IMG/VR virus record: IMGVR_UViG_3300047472_000309
Location: 186,001-250,000 of that record
Direction: 5' to 3' (one strand)
Length of the DNA: 64,000 bases
The notes below the pieces were generated by a model. The model was not told where the DNA came from and made no database searches. It saw only the letters and a list, made by a program, of their open reading frames with translations. Position numbers and translations under genes: made by a program. Numbering within the stretch: the stretch's first letter is position 1; each line of letters begins with the position of its first letter. Positions 9,218-18,030 of this stretch are shown piece by piece.

Positions 9218-9248
9218 CGTCATAAAGGCGGGCCCGGAGAGGCCGCCC
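9218..9248 (-). terminator. Hairpin followed by TTTATGACG, ending the fibre/lectin/lipase operon
   Basis: GC-rich stem downstream of the lipase gene. Confidence 0.6.
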
Positions 9249-9327
9249 ATATGACCGGCTCGCGCCGAACGACAACCACCTCTCAGGAGAAGGAACGATG
9301 CCCCATCACGAACAGTTCCATACAATA

Positions 9328-10050
9328 CTAGGATTGCGGAAACCAGTTGCCCGCGATCGCTTCTTGTACACGAGCCACCAGCCGGTCAATCGAATGATCC
9401 TGATCGGAGAAGCCCGAGGGTTTCCAGTCGGTCGCACTGATCCATTCAGCGGCCGTGGACATCAACCACATGTACTTGCCTGCCGGATTGTGGACGTAGC
9501 CTTGACGAGGCGGCCAGCCAAACCAGCGATCCGCCCCTTGCACGGTACAGACTGCATTCGCCAGCTCCGGGCCGTAAGCTGTCCACCATTCGGGTGTGGC
9601 GAACATCGGCGGCTCAAACGCGTAGAGGTCACCGAGCCGTTCCTTCGGGATAAACATCGGTGCGAGTAGCGTGCGCTCGGCACCCAACGAATGTCCTTCG
9701 ATGTTAATTGCTGCGGTGGCCGGAATCTTCGAGAGTGCCCAGGCCCAGAACTTATCCATGCCCTCGATTACTCCGGCGGCTACCTGACCGCCTTTCAGGC
9801 AGTCATGGGGTGCTAACCAGACATCCATGATGAGGTCCGCCCCATAACCCTGGTTGTAACGCGTGCCCGCGATCGTCACATAGTAACGACCCTTGGCATC
9901 CTGCGAGACGACCCCTTGGTGGGTGGCGTCTTGGTATTGACCGAGAAAGGTGTAGCCGAGCTCCACGAACGCCTTCTGGGCAGCCAGGGCATCCGCAATG
10001 TAAACAGCTTGTGCGCGCTGCGCGGCTGCCAGAAGTGCGATTGGGTTCAT
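9328..10050 (-). CDS. Class 3 lipase / alpha-beta hydrolase
   Basis: VTIAGT lid motif, IEGHSLGAE nucleophile elbow, YAFEPP, candidate catalytic Asp (GAD) and His (DHSID). Confidence 0.85.
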   Translation of the reverse strand: MNPIALLAAAQRAQAVYIADALAAQKAFVELGYTFLGQYQDATHQGVVSQDAKGRYYVTIAGTRYNQGYGADLIMDVWLAPHDCLKGGQVAAGVIEGMDKFWAWALSKIPATAAINIEGHSLGAERTLLAPMFIPKERLGDLYAFEPPMFATPEWWTAYGPELANAVCTVQGADRWFGWPPRQGYVHNPAGKYMWLMSTAAEWISATDWKPSGFSDQDHSIDRLVARVQEAIAGNWFPQS

Positions 10051-10053
10051 TGC

Positions 10054-10767
10054 TTAAAGTGTCCTTACGACGTTACTGATGACTCCGTTGACCACATTGA
10101 ACGTGATACCCACGGCGCCATCCAAACAACCCGCGTCCGTGCCACCGCTACCAATGCCAGTTTGATACGTACCGGCGTAGAGTTCCGCCGCCTTCGTGCC
10201 ACCCTTACTACCGAGCAGCAGATAAGCACCGCGATACTGAATACCGTTCAATACCGAGCTTGACGCACCGAGCGCCACCAATGCGTTGTCGACTGCCGCA
10301 ATCGGGGGATTCGTTACCCCTGGCTCAACGGGCGCGACACCACTGGCAGGTTCATCGTAGGTGACCAGCACGAAGTTCGTGCCTGCGGCGAGTGCACTTA
10401 CGTCCGCTGAAAACTGCGCGGAGCCATAAGGCGTCGAGCTCGGTGCACCGTCCGAGGCTTCACCGAAAATATCGTACGAGCGACTAAAAGCGATGTTGCC
10501 GTACTTGTCAAAGGTAACGAGACTGTAGGAGCGAACCGGACCCAACTTCTGGGCGCCATTCATCCACAGTCCGCCATTGGCTGCCGCGGTCCGGTTCTGA
10601 AGCAGTCCCAACGAATACGCCGTAAAGTCGTTATCGCCGTGGTACTGCGTCCAGGTCCCGTTCACGTTGCGAAAGGCCCGACGAACCTTGGTCCAAGTGC
10701 CGTTGATGTTGCGCCACAGGTGTTTGGTGACGGTCCACGTTCCACTGATGTTCTTGTAGATCGGCAT
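10054..10767 (-). CDS. Tail-associated protein with a GG-type lectin (ILEI/FAM3, T4 gp35-like) domain
   Basis: N-terminal NISGTW/NINGTW/NVNGTW repeats; RSYSLVTFD...SRSYDIFG...VLVTYDEP...LVALGAS...YRGAYLLLGSKG fits the GG-domain pattern. Start set at MPIYK. Confidence 0.7.
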   Translation of the reverse strand: MPIYKNISGTWTVTKHLWRNINGTWTKVRRAFRNVNGTWTQYHGDNDFTAYSLGLLQNRTAAANGGLWMNGAQKLGPVRSYSLVTFDKYGNIAFSRSYDIFGEASDGAPSSTPYGSAQFSADVSALAAGTNFVLVTYDEPASGVAPVEPGVTNPPIAAVDNALVALGASSSVLNGIQYRGAYLLLGSKGGTKAAELYAGTYQTGIGSGGTDAGCLDGAVGITFNVVNGVISNVVRTL

Positions 10768-10769
10768 GC

Positions 10770-11315
10770 TTACACCTGATACCAAGTATCGCCATTCGCA
10801 CCACCCGACGGAGCAGCAGCGGATACGGTGGTCTTCCCGTTGCCGCCGCTTACATACGTGCCACCTTCCACCAGGTAGCTGGCACCATCGTGGTAGATTT
10901 CAGCCGTAGTGCCGGGGGCCAGCACCAGCGAACTCGCGCCGTTGCTTTGCGAAGACAGGATGTTAGAGGCCGTGAGCGTCCAGTTAAACGCCGAGGTATT
11001 TTCAAACACCAAGCGCTTACCCGCATTGGCGGGCAACGCAGCAGGCAAAGCAGTACTCAGCGCGCCCGTAGTGTTGGCCGCATCGGTCTGGTACACATAC
11101 CCCCAGGGATCGGCTGGCAGGGTGCTGGCGCCCGTTTTGATCGATACCAGACCCCGTTGGCTGCCGACCTGTGCGCCAAGCGCAGTATCTGCATTCTGGC
11201 GTGTCGTCGCCTCGTTGCTGATCGCCGTGCTATTGGCCGAGTCCTTAGCGTGGATAGCGGTGCCGGTACTGGTAACTGCAGTTTGAAGCTGAGCGAGTTC
11301 GGTAGAGAGGGACAT
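10770..11315 (-). CDS. Short tail fibre-like protein
   Basis: NEATTRQNADTAL coiled segment, T4 gp10-like beta module, terminal APSGGANGDTWYQV fibre motif; TATG element upstream. Confidence 0.65.
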   Translation of the reverse strand: MSLSTELAQLQTAVTSTGTAIHAKDSANSTAISNEATTRQNADTALGAQVGSQRGLVSIKTGASTLPADPWGYVYQTDAANTTGALSTALPAALPANAGKRLVFENTSAFNWTLTASNILSSQSNGASSLVLAPGTTAEIYHDGASYLVEGGTYVSGGNGKTTVSAAAPSGGANGDTWYQV

Positions 11316-11365
11316 GTACTGCTCCAGTGAGAAAGAATAGATTCATACGATGGCTTTCGATTTAA

Positions 11366-11395
11366 CGGCATAGGAGGCGAGCCGAAGCTCGCCTC
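11366..11395 (-). terminator. Hairpin (UUCG loop) followed by TATGCCG
   Basis: Minus strand GAGGCGAGC-TTCG-GCTCGCCTC-CTATGCCG. Confidence 0.75.
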
Positions 11396-11403
11396 AAGTC
11401 CAG

Positions 11404-11688
11404 TCACTCAACTGGCAAGATGTAGATCGGTGAACTATCCTGCGGTTCGTAAAGCGGCTTTTCTTCCCGACCCAACGAACGACGAATCGCCTGCTTCTGA
11501 CCCTGCTTCGCTTGCATGAAATCTGCAATGCGAGCACCGGCTTCAGCCTGCGTATCGAAACGCATCGCCCGAGTTTCCAGCGTCACGATGTTGGGGACAT
11601 CGCCCCGGTCTGCGTGTTCGCTAAAGTACTCGATGTTGCTGTGAGTGCCCGCGCGCGTCGGTGAACCCAAAACAAATTGGTACGGCAT
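11404..11688 (-). CDS. Hypothetical protein
   Basis: 94-aa ORF in a tight gene run. Confidence 0.6.
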   Translation of the reverse strand: MPYQFVLGSPTRAGTHSNIEYFSEHADRGDVPNIVTLETRAMRFDTQAEAGARIADFMQAKQGQKQAIRRSLGREEKPLYEPQDSSPIYILPVE

Positions 11689-11701
11689 GGTCTTACCCCC
11701 G

Positions 11702-12187
11702 TTACTGAGGCTGAGGCGTCACGACGAGTTGCTCGGCAAGCGTGTCAAGCCGCTCAGCCAGATTCATGATGCCCTTCTCGGGGACACCAAAGAGCCACAG
11801 CAGTTGTTCGAGTTGGGCTTCGTTGCCATCGACCTTGCGGATAAACCAGTGCGTGGCGATGGCAGTGGACTGTAACAGACCGAGCTTGAGCTGATTGGGT
11901 TTGGTCGGGTCTTCGATGTATTCGTACAACCCGATCGCTCCCAGACGTGTCATGAGCAGCACCACTCGCATGCCGGTCGTGGTCTTGAACTTGGCAAACG
12001 TGCCGTAAGCAAAGCGCACGTTGTCCACGCCGTGACGCATGTCGATCGCCCCCTTCGGCGTCAGCGTAAAGCCGATGTCCGTCAGGTTCACTTCCGGGGT
12101 GGTTTCCCGTGCCCAGAGGAAGTTCTCGAAATACTCCCGGAACGAGTTCGTGTAACCCTTATCCAGCCCTTGAGCCAGCTGCTTCAT
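11702..12187 (-). CDS. Hypothetical protein
   Basis: 161 aa; ATGA overlap with the upstream gene. Confidence 0.7.
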   Translation of the reverse strand: MKQLAQGLDKGYTNSFREYFENFLWARETTPEVNLTDIGFTLTPKGAIDMRHGVDNVRFAYGTFAKFKTTTGMRVVLLMTRLGAIGLYEYIEDPTKPNQLKLGLLQSTAIATHWFIRKVDGNEAQLEQLLWLFGVPEKGIMNLAERLDTLAEQLVVTPQPQ

Positions 12188-12372
12188 TTCTCCGCCTCCG
12201 CCTGCTGCAGTCGTTCCTTTGCGTTTCGGACTGCTTCACGTTGTTCATCTTCCGTGAGAAACACCCAGCCATCGACATCTGCCTGAGTGCGACCACAGCC
12301 CTTACACACCGCATCGAAGAGCGTGGAACACACGCCGATGCAACCCGATTCAACTGCCATTCTTTTCCTCAA
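12184..12372 (-). CDS. DUF1289 family Cys-rich (putative Fe-S) protein
   Basis: CIGVCST...CKGCGRT..DV..W......QR signature. Confidence 0.8.
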   Translation of the reverse strand: MRKRMAVESGCIGVCSTLFDAVCKGCGRTQADVDGWVFLTEDEQREAVRNAKERLQQAEAEK

Positions 12373-12709
12373 ATGCTTTCATCACGAGCTTAAGCCGCTC
12401 CATGATGGCTTTAACATCACTTTTCTCGAATACCACGAACTTCGCATTAGCGTGGCTCAGGGTATCGCGCGCCGGGCAGCGTAAGTCCAGACTGAAGCGA
12501 CTGCAACTGGCTACCGCAGTGCGTTGCAGCATCCTGCGGTGCTCCGCATCATCGGCTTTCACCTCCAACACGTTCTGGAACATGTAGTCGCCCTGGACAG
12601 CCAGTCCCGTCTTAATACGCAGATCGCCCCAGCTTGCCTCGTTGTAATACTTACAGAAGAGGGTCTCGTTCGGCAGAGCGAGGAATTCTTCCAAGCCTAC
12701 GATTCTCAT
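12350..12709 (-). CDS. Hypothetical phage protein
   Basis: MRIVGLEEFLALPNETLFCKY start; tight packing. Confidence 0.7.
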   Translation of the reverse strand: MRIVGLEEFLALPNETLFCKYYNEASWGDLRIKTGLAVQGDYMFQNVLEVKADDAEHRRMLQRTAVASCSRFSLDLRCPARDTLSHANAKFVVFEKSDVKAIMERLKLVMKAFEEKNGS

Positions 12710-12711
12710 CG

Positions 12712-12951
12712 CTACCTCTTTGCTCCGATGTTAATCGGCTTGCCCGTGATCTTGGTGACACCTTCAAGGACCAGGTAGGCGATGATCACGACATTGACCA
12801 CCGGCAAACACGTGACGACAGTCAGCCATTCTGCGCGCCCGAATTTGCGACGATGTCCCACGTAGTGCAACACCATCATCATGGCCAGCAAACAACTGCC
12901 CATCGCGTAGCAGCCCAAGGCACTCGCCGTCATCTTCACCCACCAGCTCAT
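12712..12951 (-). CDS. Small membrane protein
   Basis: Two hydrophobic segments. Confidence 0.65.
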   Translation of the reverse strand: MSWWVKMTASALGCYAMGSCLLAMMMVLHYVGHRRKFGRAEWLTVVTCLPVVNVVIIAYLVLEGVTKITGKPINIGAKR

Positions 12952-12952
12952 C

Positions 12953-13306
12953 TCAGTCCCCTAAGAATACGTGTGCCTGATTCGGCACGGATGCCAGCGC
13001 CGCTTGCATGCGGCCCAGCATGCGTTGAATATCTGCCTCGTCCCAGATCAGATACAGTTGGCTGCGCGTGTCGCCTGGTGCAGGCGTGAAGCGCGGCACG
13101 GACTTGACAAAGACGGGATCGAGGAAGAACGCGGTTTTCACACCGTCGACCAACTTGATGGCTTCCCAGTCTTCTGTGCCACGGAGGCCCGTGAACACAA
13201 ACAGCTCGACGTAACTATTCGGAATCCACATCGAATACACTGTGGAGATCGGCATCTGCAACATCAAACGACGATTAACGAGTCGCATAGGTTCCTTTTC
13301 ACTCAT
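12953..13306 (-). CDS. Hypothetical protein
   Basis: 117 aa; overlaps the upstream stop. Confidence 0.65.
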   Translation of the reverse strand: MSEKEPMRLVNRRLMLQMPISTVYSMWIPNSYVELFVFTGLRGTEDWEAIKLVDGVKTAFFLDPVFVKSVPRFTPAPGDTRSQLYLIWDEADIQRMLGRMQAALASVPNQAHVFLGD

Positions 13307-13706
13307 TGATGCGAGGGTCTACTACCGAGACGTCGATGTAGCTGCCACACTCGCGCACAATACGCTTGCGACAAATTACGGTGACGCCCTGTCGGCCGAT
13401 GATCGAACCGGGTTGCGTGTCGGAATAGCGATCGCCAAAAGTCTTAATGATTTCTTCGAGAAGCTGTTCGTGAGGCACAGCGTCTTCCTTCCACGGTATC
13501 GCCACCATATCAAAGTCTCGACGCAGTGGCCCATAGAGCGCTAAACACCAACCCAGTCGTCGCGCCATGTCACGCATGACAGGCAAGAGCGCCCAGTAGG
13601 CATTTTCCGCTGATACCGCAGCCGCAGGAAAAACACGACCGCACTTTACGCAAGTCGACGCGTCAAACACCCGTGCCGTCTTGCAGCTACTACACTTCTC
13701 TGCCAT
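13299..13706 (-). CDS. Hypothetical protein with an N-terminal CxxC...CxxC ribbon
   Basis: AGGAGG RBS before MAEKCSSC; YGPLRRDFDMVAIPW resembles a degenerate GS..RDxD nucleotidyltransferase-like motif. Confidence 0.65.
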   Translation of the reverse strand: MAEKCSSCKTARVFDASTCVKCGRVFPAAAVSAENAYWALLPVMRDMARRLGWCLALYGPLRRDFDMVAIPWKEDAVPHEQLLEEIIKTFGDRYSDTQPGSIIGRQGVTVICRKRIVRECGSYIDVSVVDPRINE

Positions 13707-13722
13707 CACCTCCCTCCTGGCC

Positions 13723-14223
13723 TTACCCCACACGAACTGCTCGGGTCCGTAAATGCTCCCGAGCCTTCATGGTTAGGACACCACACAAGTTGGCACCTTT
13801 CCACTCATAGGGATTTCCAATCCGGGGGTCGTCTTCATTCAGACCCACCCCGTAGAGGGTATCACGTTCGCTGGCTTCAACCAGGATGTCGTCGCCCGTA
13901 TCCAGCAGCCATTGGCGCTCCTGCGGGTTCTGACTGTACTTCTCAATCATGCCAATGAGAATAAACTGCTCTCGCTTGGCCACCCATTCTGCATCGACGT
14001 AACCGCGCACCTTGCGACCTAAGACTTTCTGCGCTTGCGGGTTATCGGTCTTCAAAATGAGCTCCGCTACATCTCGATCCTTAAAGAGCATCGCCTTGCA
14101 GTACATCATGAACTGCTCGAGCGACGAGAACGAAATGCCCTTTACTTTGAAATGACAGAGGTAGTGGTTGGACATGAAATCACGACGAGTGTAGAACGCC
14201 GTAACATTCCCCCATCGCCGCAT
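13723..14223 (-). CDS. NADAR (YbiA/RibX-like) ADP-ribosyl/N-glycosidase
   Basis: FSSLEQFMMYCKAMLF, KVLGRKVRGY, KYSQN, LLDTG...LVEAS..D.LYGVG, GANLCG..TM..R. Confidence 0.9.
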   Translation of the reverse strand: MRRWGNVTAFYTRRDFMSNHYLCHFKVKGISFSSLEQFMMYCKAMLFKDRDVAELILKTDNPQAQKVLGRKVRGYVDAEWVAKREQFILIGMIEKYSQNPQERQWLLDTGDDILVEASERDTLYGVGLNEDDPRIGNPYEWKGANLCGVLTMKAREHLRTRAVRVG

Positions 14224-14233
14224 GTTAACTCCT

Positions 14234-14575
14234 TTAAGCGACGGCGTGCCCGGCTTGCGTACGCTGGTGATCCCAATAGCGTGCTTCCTTCATCACCTGC
14301 TCTACGCGATCCGGGAGCGAACGGTTCAGCATCTTTTCCTGCAACCAGTTCAGCCCGTAGGACTCCATCTTCGCAGCACTGCGCTTGCCCGAGAGAAGCT
14401 CACACACGCTCAGGTTAAGCAGGCCGTGCTTGGCCGTATGACGCAGAAAAGTCACCGTGTCTTCGCTACAGTCTTCCCGAGCCGACAACTTGGTGAGCAG
14501 TTCTTCGGCGGTATGTTCGCCATGCAATGCCCCGTCCTGGAACGCGAACGCCAGGAACTTAATCAATGAATCCAC
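14234..14575 (-). CDS. Hypothetical protein (start moved to GTG 14575)
   Basis: GGAG RBS before GTG GAT TCA; avoids overlap with 14590..14790. Confidence 0.6.
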   Translation of the reverse strand: MDSLIKFLAFAFQDGALHGEHTAEELLTKLSAREDCSEDTVTFLRHTAKHGLLNLSVCELLSGKRSAAKMESYGLNWLQEKMLNRSLPDRVEQVMKEARYWDHQRTQAGHAVA

Positions 14576-14589
14576 TTCCAGTCTCCAAT

Positions 14590-14790
14590 TTAGGATAGTT
14601 TTGTTGCGAGGCGAATAGCCCCGACGATCGCCAATGAAAAACCAATGGGTCCAAAGATGACCCACATCGTGACGGAAAACCAGTCCTTGAACTGGATGTT
14701 GTCGTGGATGCCGCCTGCTGTGCCGACCAAGAGCGCAATGGCAATCAGCACTAACCACACGACCGCAGCCCACCCCAACCATTGTTTCAT
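14590..14790 (-). CDS. Small two-TM membrane protein
   Basis: GAGG RBS before MKQWLGW; two hydrophobic helices. Confidence 0.65.
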   Translation of the reverse strand: MKQWLGWAAVVWLVLIAIALLVGTAGGIHDNIQFKDWFSVTMWVIFGPIGFSLAIVGAIRLATKLS

Positions 14791-14807
14791 TCTTAACCTC
14801 AAATCAA

Positions 14808-14872
14808 ACAAAAAAAAAGAGGGATCGAAATCCCTCAACCCACTACCCCAGCCGAAGCCGGAAGTAGTGGGT
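14808..14872 (-). terminator. Tandem hairpins ending in a strong U-tract terminator after the adhesin gene
   Basis: ACCCACTAC/GTAGTGGGT stem, then GAGGGAT-TTCG-ATCCCTC-TTTTTTTTT. Confidence 0.85.
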
Positions 14873-14882
14873 ATGAAGCAGC

Positions 14883-17210
14883 TTAGAACTGGAAGCCAGC
14901 CGAACCCACTGCTGCCACGTCGCCGCGGCTGCTGGTGGACACGCCTGCCTTGATGACCCAGTGGTTGTCACCGGTCACCGTCGAGACGCCGATTGCCAGG
15001 CCTTGTTGGCCATGGTAGTTCGACACCGCAGCGGAAACCATCGACTTGCCTGCTTGCGTCGGTTGCGGCAGACCAGCAATCGCCAGCACCGAAGCGAGGC
15101 CACCGTAGGTGTCCTTCTTGTAGCTGTCGAACTGGTTCTGCAGGTTCGCCACCGCACGATCGGTGTAAGCGTACGACTGTTGCTGCGCGTAGTTCACTTG
15201 ACCCACGTTCGCTGCGTCAGTCGGCGCCGTACCCGCCGCCACGTTGGTGATCTGACGTTCGTTACCGGCGGAACCCACCGACACCGAGTTGTCGCGATCC
15301 GCCACCGAGTTCGCACCCAGCGCCACCGAGTTGTTCGACTGCACCTTCGCGGTTGCGCCGACTTGGCCCTTGTTCACATCAGCTTGGAGCTGGGTGATGG
15401 ACTGGGTGTTCCCGGTGATCTGGGTTTGCAGTCCGGCTTCTGCCGTCGTAGCGCGCGTCGTTTCGTTGTCGATCTTCGTGTTCAGACCTGCTTCCGCAGT
15501 CTTGGCACGATTCGATTCCGAATCGATGTTGGTTTGCAGTTGGCCTTCAGCCGCTTGGGCACGGGTCGATTCTGCACCGACTTGTTTGTCGGTGTAGGAC
15601 TTCGCCGAGTTCAGCGTCTTGCTGGCCGTCGCGTTGGTGTACGCAGCGGACGTTGCGACCGCGCCGGTGTAAGCGGCAGCGGCCACGGCATTAGCGTGCG
15701 AGTTTGCCGACGACAGCGTAGCCGCGCTCGACGCATCCGTGTAGGCTTCCGACGTAGCAACACCCTTCGCGACTTGCGTGTCGGTGTAACCCTTGGCCGA
15801 CTTAAGCGTAGCAGCATCGCCCGCTTGTTGCGCCGTTTGCAGGTCGTGCGCGACGTTGTTGGTGTAGTCGAACGACGTGTCGATCGCCGTTTGCGTGGCG
15901 GTTGCAACTTCAGCGTGGGTCGCGCTGTTCGCTTGCAGGTCCGAGATCGCCGAGCTGTTTTGCTTGGACTGATTCAGCGCCGTGTTCGCGGTCGACTGGG
16001 CGTGCTGTGCGTCGCCTTCGGCCTTACCTGCCAGACCGAGTGCTGCACCTCCGACTACCAGGGCGGCATCTGCCGTACCTTGTGCATGCGAAGCGGCTTT
16101 ACCCGCTGCGTCTGCCGTCGCTTGCGCCTTGTTCACGCCGGTTTGCAGACCTGCTTCTGCGGTGGTGGCGCGGGTGGTTTCCGTGCTGATCGCCGTTGCA
16201 TTGGCGTCCGCTTTGGCGTTGGCCGTGTTAGCCGTGGACTGAGCAGCAGCTGCTGCTTTGCCCGCTGCTTTGGCGTCCTGATCCGCATTCACAGCCAGTG
16301 CACCGGCTGCGACACCCACACCCAGCGCCAGGTCAGCAGTGCCTTGGGCGTTCGCAGCAGCCTTACCGGCTGCTGCTGCAGCGGAACCCGCTGCCGTGGC
16401 TTTGGCATCTGCCGTAGCAGCGGCTTGACCAGCGGCAGTCGCAGTCGATTGTGCAACGGCTGCTGCACCTGCCGCGCCTTCTGCGACAGCTTCAGCGTGA
16501 CCTGCCGTGATCGCAGCGCCCGTTGCCGTGATGGCTGCGCCTGCTGCAACGCCTTCAGCTGTCTGAGCGGTTGCTGCAGCACCCTGGGCGATCGACTTCG
16601 CTTGCGCCGAGGTGTCGACTGCGGCTTGCGAGTTGGCGAGCGCTTGATTGGCCGTACCCTGAGCGGCATTCACGCCGTTCTGGAGACCAGCTTCGGCTGC
16701 CGTGGCGCGGCTCGTTTCACCTGCCGTTGCGGCAGCCGCAGTCGACGCGTTGGTGTTGACTTGCTTTTGCAGTCCGGCTTCTGCGCCTTGTGCGCGAGCT
16801 GCTTCAGCGGCGACTTGCGTCGTCGTGTAAGCGTTCGCACCGTTCACGGCATTGTTGAGGTCTTGATGCGTGGCGCTGTTCACCTGCAGTGCGGCGATCG
16901 CGCCGCCTTGCTGACTGACTTGACCTTGCAGTTGCGTGATGTTCGTCGTGTTCGCCGCGACGTTCGTGTTGGTCGAGTTCAGTTGGGCGCTGGTAGCCAG
17001 ACCCGTGACCGTACCGGTGACTGTGCTGCCATTGGAGAGCGAAGTGCTCACCGTGGTGCCGTTGATGTTCACGCCGGTAACCGAAGCGCCGTCAGCACCG
17101 TTCTTACCACAGCTGACGAACAGACCACAGTCCGATGCGTGAGCACCGATCGATGCCGAAGCGAGCAAAGCGATGAGGAGGGCATTCTTTTTAAGGACGT
17201 TCTTTTTCAT
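14883..17210 (-). CDS. Trimeric autotransporter adhesin (YadA/Hia-like, type Vc)
   Basis: Sec signal MKKNVLKK...GAHA; Ala-rich coiled stalk with E..RA..AEAGLQ and YTD repeats; NSVALGANS head, [18 protein letters not shown] neck; YadA anchor ending GFQF. Confidence 0.92.
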   Translation of the reverse strand: MKKNVLKKNALLIALLASASIGAHASDCGLFVSCGKNGADGASVTGVNINGTTVSTSLSNGSTVTGTVTGLATSAQLNSTNTNVAANTTNITQLQGQVSQQGGAIAALQVNSATHQDLNNAVNGANAYTTTQVAAEAARAQGAEAGLQKQVNTNASTAAAATAGETSRATAAEAGLQNGVNAAQGTANQALANSQAAVDTSAQAKSIAQGAAATAQTAEGVAAGAAITATGAAITAGHAEAVAEGAAGAAAVAQSTATAAGQAAATADAKATAAGSAAAAAGKAAANAQGTADLALGVGVAAGALAVNADQDAKAAGKAAAAAQSTANTANAKADANATAISTETTRATTAEAGLQTGVNKAQATADAAGKAASHAQGTADAALVVGGAALGLAGKAEGDAQHAQSTANTALNQSKQNSSAISDLQANSATHAEVATATQTAIDTSFDYTNNVAHDLQTAQQAGDAATLKSAKGYTDTQVAKGVATSEAYTDASSAATLSSANSHANAVAAAAYTGAVATSAAYTNATASKTLNSAKSYTDKQVGAESTRAQAAEGQLQTNIDSESNRAKTAEAGLNTKIDNETTRATTAEAGLQTQITGNTQSITQLQADVNKGQVGATAKVQSNNSVALGANSVADRDNSVSVGSAGNERQITNVAAGTAPTDAANVGQVNYAQQQSYAYTDRAVANLQNQFDSYKKDTYGGLASVLAIAGLPQPTQAGKSMVSAAVSNYHGQQGLAIGVSTVTGDNHWVIKAGVSTSSRGDVAAVGSAGFQF

Positions 17211-17272
17211 GATGCGCTATTTTCCATAAAGGTAAGTGGTAACGAAGTTGGGTTTGTTTCCAACTCACCTTT

Positions 17273-17287
17273 GTTATATAGGTCTGA
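17273..17287 (-). promoter_or_regulatory. Phage early-promoter-like motif TCAGACCTATATAAC
   Basis: 14/15 match to the copies at 1433 and 48758; 63 nt upstream of the adhesin start. Confidence 0.75.
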
Positions 17288-17289
17288 GA

Positions 17290-17577
17290 TTATCTTGGAT
17301 CGTCCTTGCTCAGCGGCGATCTGGGAAGCGTATGAAGCACGCGCGTATTGCCCCGGACGCGTAGATTCACAATGCTCCGATACTGTCGGTAGCAGTCTGC
17401 CCAATGCCTAATCGCTTTGCGGTCCCACCAGCGCTCCTTACCTTCTACCACTACGGGTAGGGGAAAGGGCACGGGTGCCTTCTCTGGTCGCCTCAAATAG
17501 AGCTCGATCTTCTCCCGGCTCTTCTTGGTAAAACGACACACGTCCCCGATGGTCATCAACCTGACCGGTGTGCTCAC
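17290..17577 (-). CDS. AlpA/excisionase-like HTH DNA-binding protein
   Basis: LMTIGDVCRFTKKSR...FPLPV...RWW...I..W pattern. Confidence 0.7.
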   Translation of the reverse strand: MSTPVRLMTIGDVCRFTKKSREKIELYLRRPEKAPVPFPLPVVVEGKERWWDRKAIRHWADCYRQYRSIVNLRVRGNTRVLHTLPRSPLSKDDPR

Positions 17578-17586
17578 GACGCATCC

Positions 17587-18030
17587 CTACTGATTAAACA
17601 CGTACTCCAGCTTACCTGGTCGGTACATGCCCTTTTCGACTTTGCTCAGGTCGAAATCGAAAAGGTTGATAAACGGTCGGGAGAACTGGTGAAACATCTC
17701 TTCCGCCACGGTACAGCTGGGCTTGTCGTTGCCCAATTGAACGAGCATCTTTTCAACGAGATGAATTCCGGTTCCCCGCTTCTGATATTCCGGCAACACC
17801 CGCACACAGCGCAGCTTGGTCTCATGCGCGTTACGCTTACCTAATGCCACGCCAATGACTTGCTGCTTATCCTTGGCGAGCATCAGGATGTCTTTGCCGA
17901 CCATGACGCCAGGCATAACTTTGTTGGTGAACCAGTAGCTAAAGTCCGGGTAGAGCGTATCCATCCCGTGCAAGAGCTTACCGGCTTCCAGCGTATCGAC
18001 CAGACGGGTCCCTTGCTCGTAACGGATCAT
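17587..18030 (-). CDS. GNAT family N-acetyltransferase
   Basis: KLRCVRVLPEYQKRGTG acetyl-CoA motif A. Confidence 0.85.
   Translation of the reverse strand: MIRYEQGTRLVDTLEAGKLLHGMDTLYPDFSYWFTNKVMPGVMVGKDILMLAKDKQQVIGVALGKRNAHETKLRCVRVLPEYQKRGTGIHLVEKMLVQLGNDKPSCTVAEEMFHQFSRPFINLFDFDLSKVEKGMYRPGKLEYVFNQ

Noticed and set aside
10760-10800. Programmed -1 frameshift joining the fibre stub to the GG-lectin gene
   Set aside because: The frames are compatible, but there is no X XXY YYZ slippery heptamer; a TAA-GC-ATG junction with a GGTG SD explains coupling.
14883-17210. Adhesin interpreted as a virion tail fibre
   Set aside because: It has a Sec signal and an outer-membrane beta-barrel anchor, lacks a phage attachment module, and is preceded by an early-type rather than TATG-type element. 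Not fully excluded without virion proteomics.
14961-17411. 816-aa plus-strand ORF, and other long plus-strand ORFs (4685..5698, 26776..28101, 39998..41356)
   Set aside because: Antisense shadows of well-supported GC-rich minus-strand genes; Arg-rich nonsense composition, no RBS or motifs.
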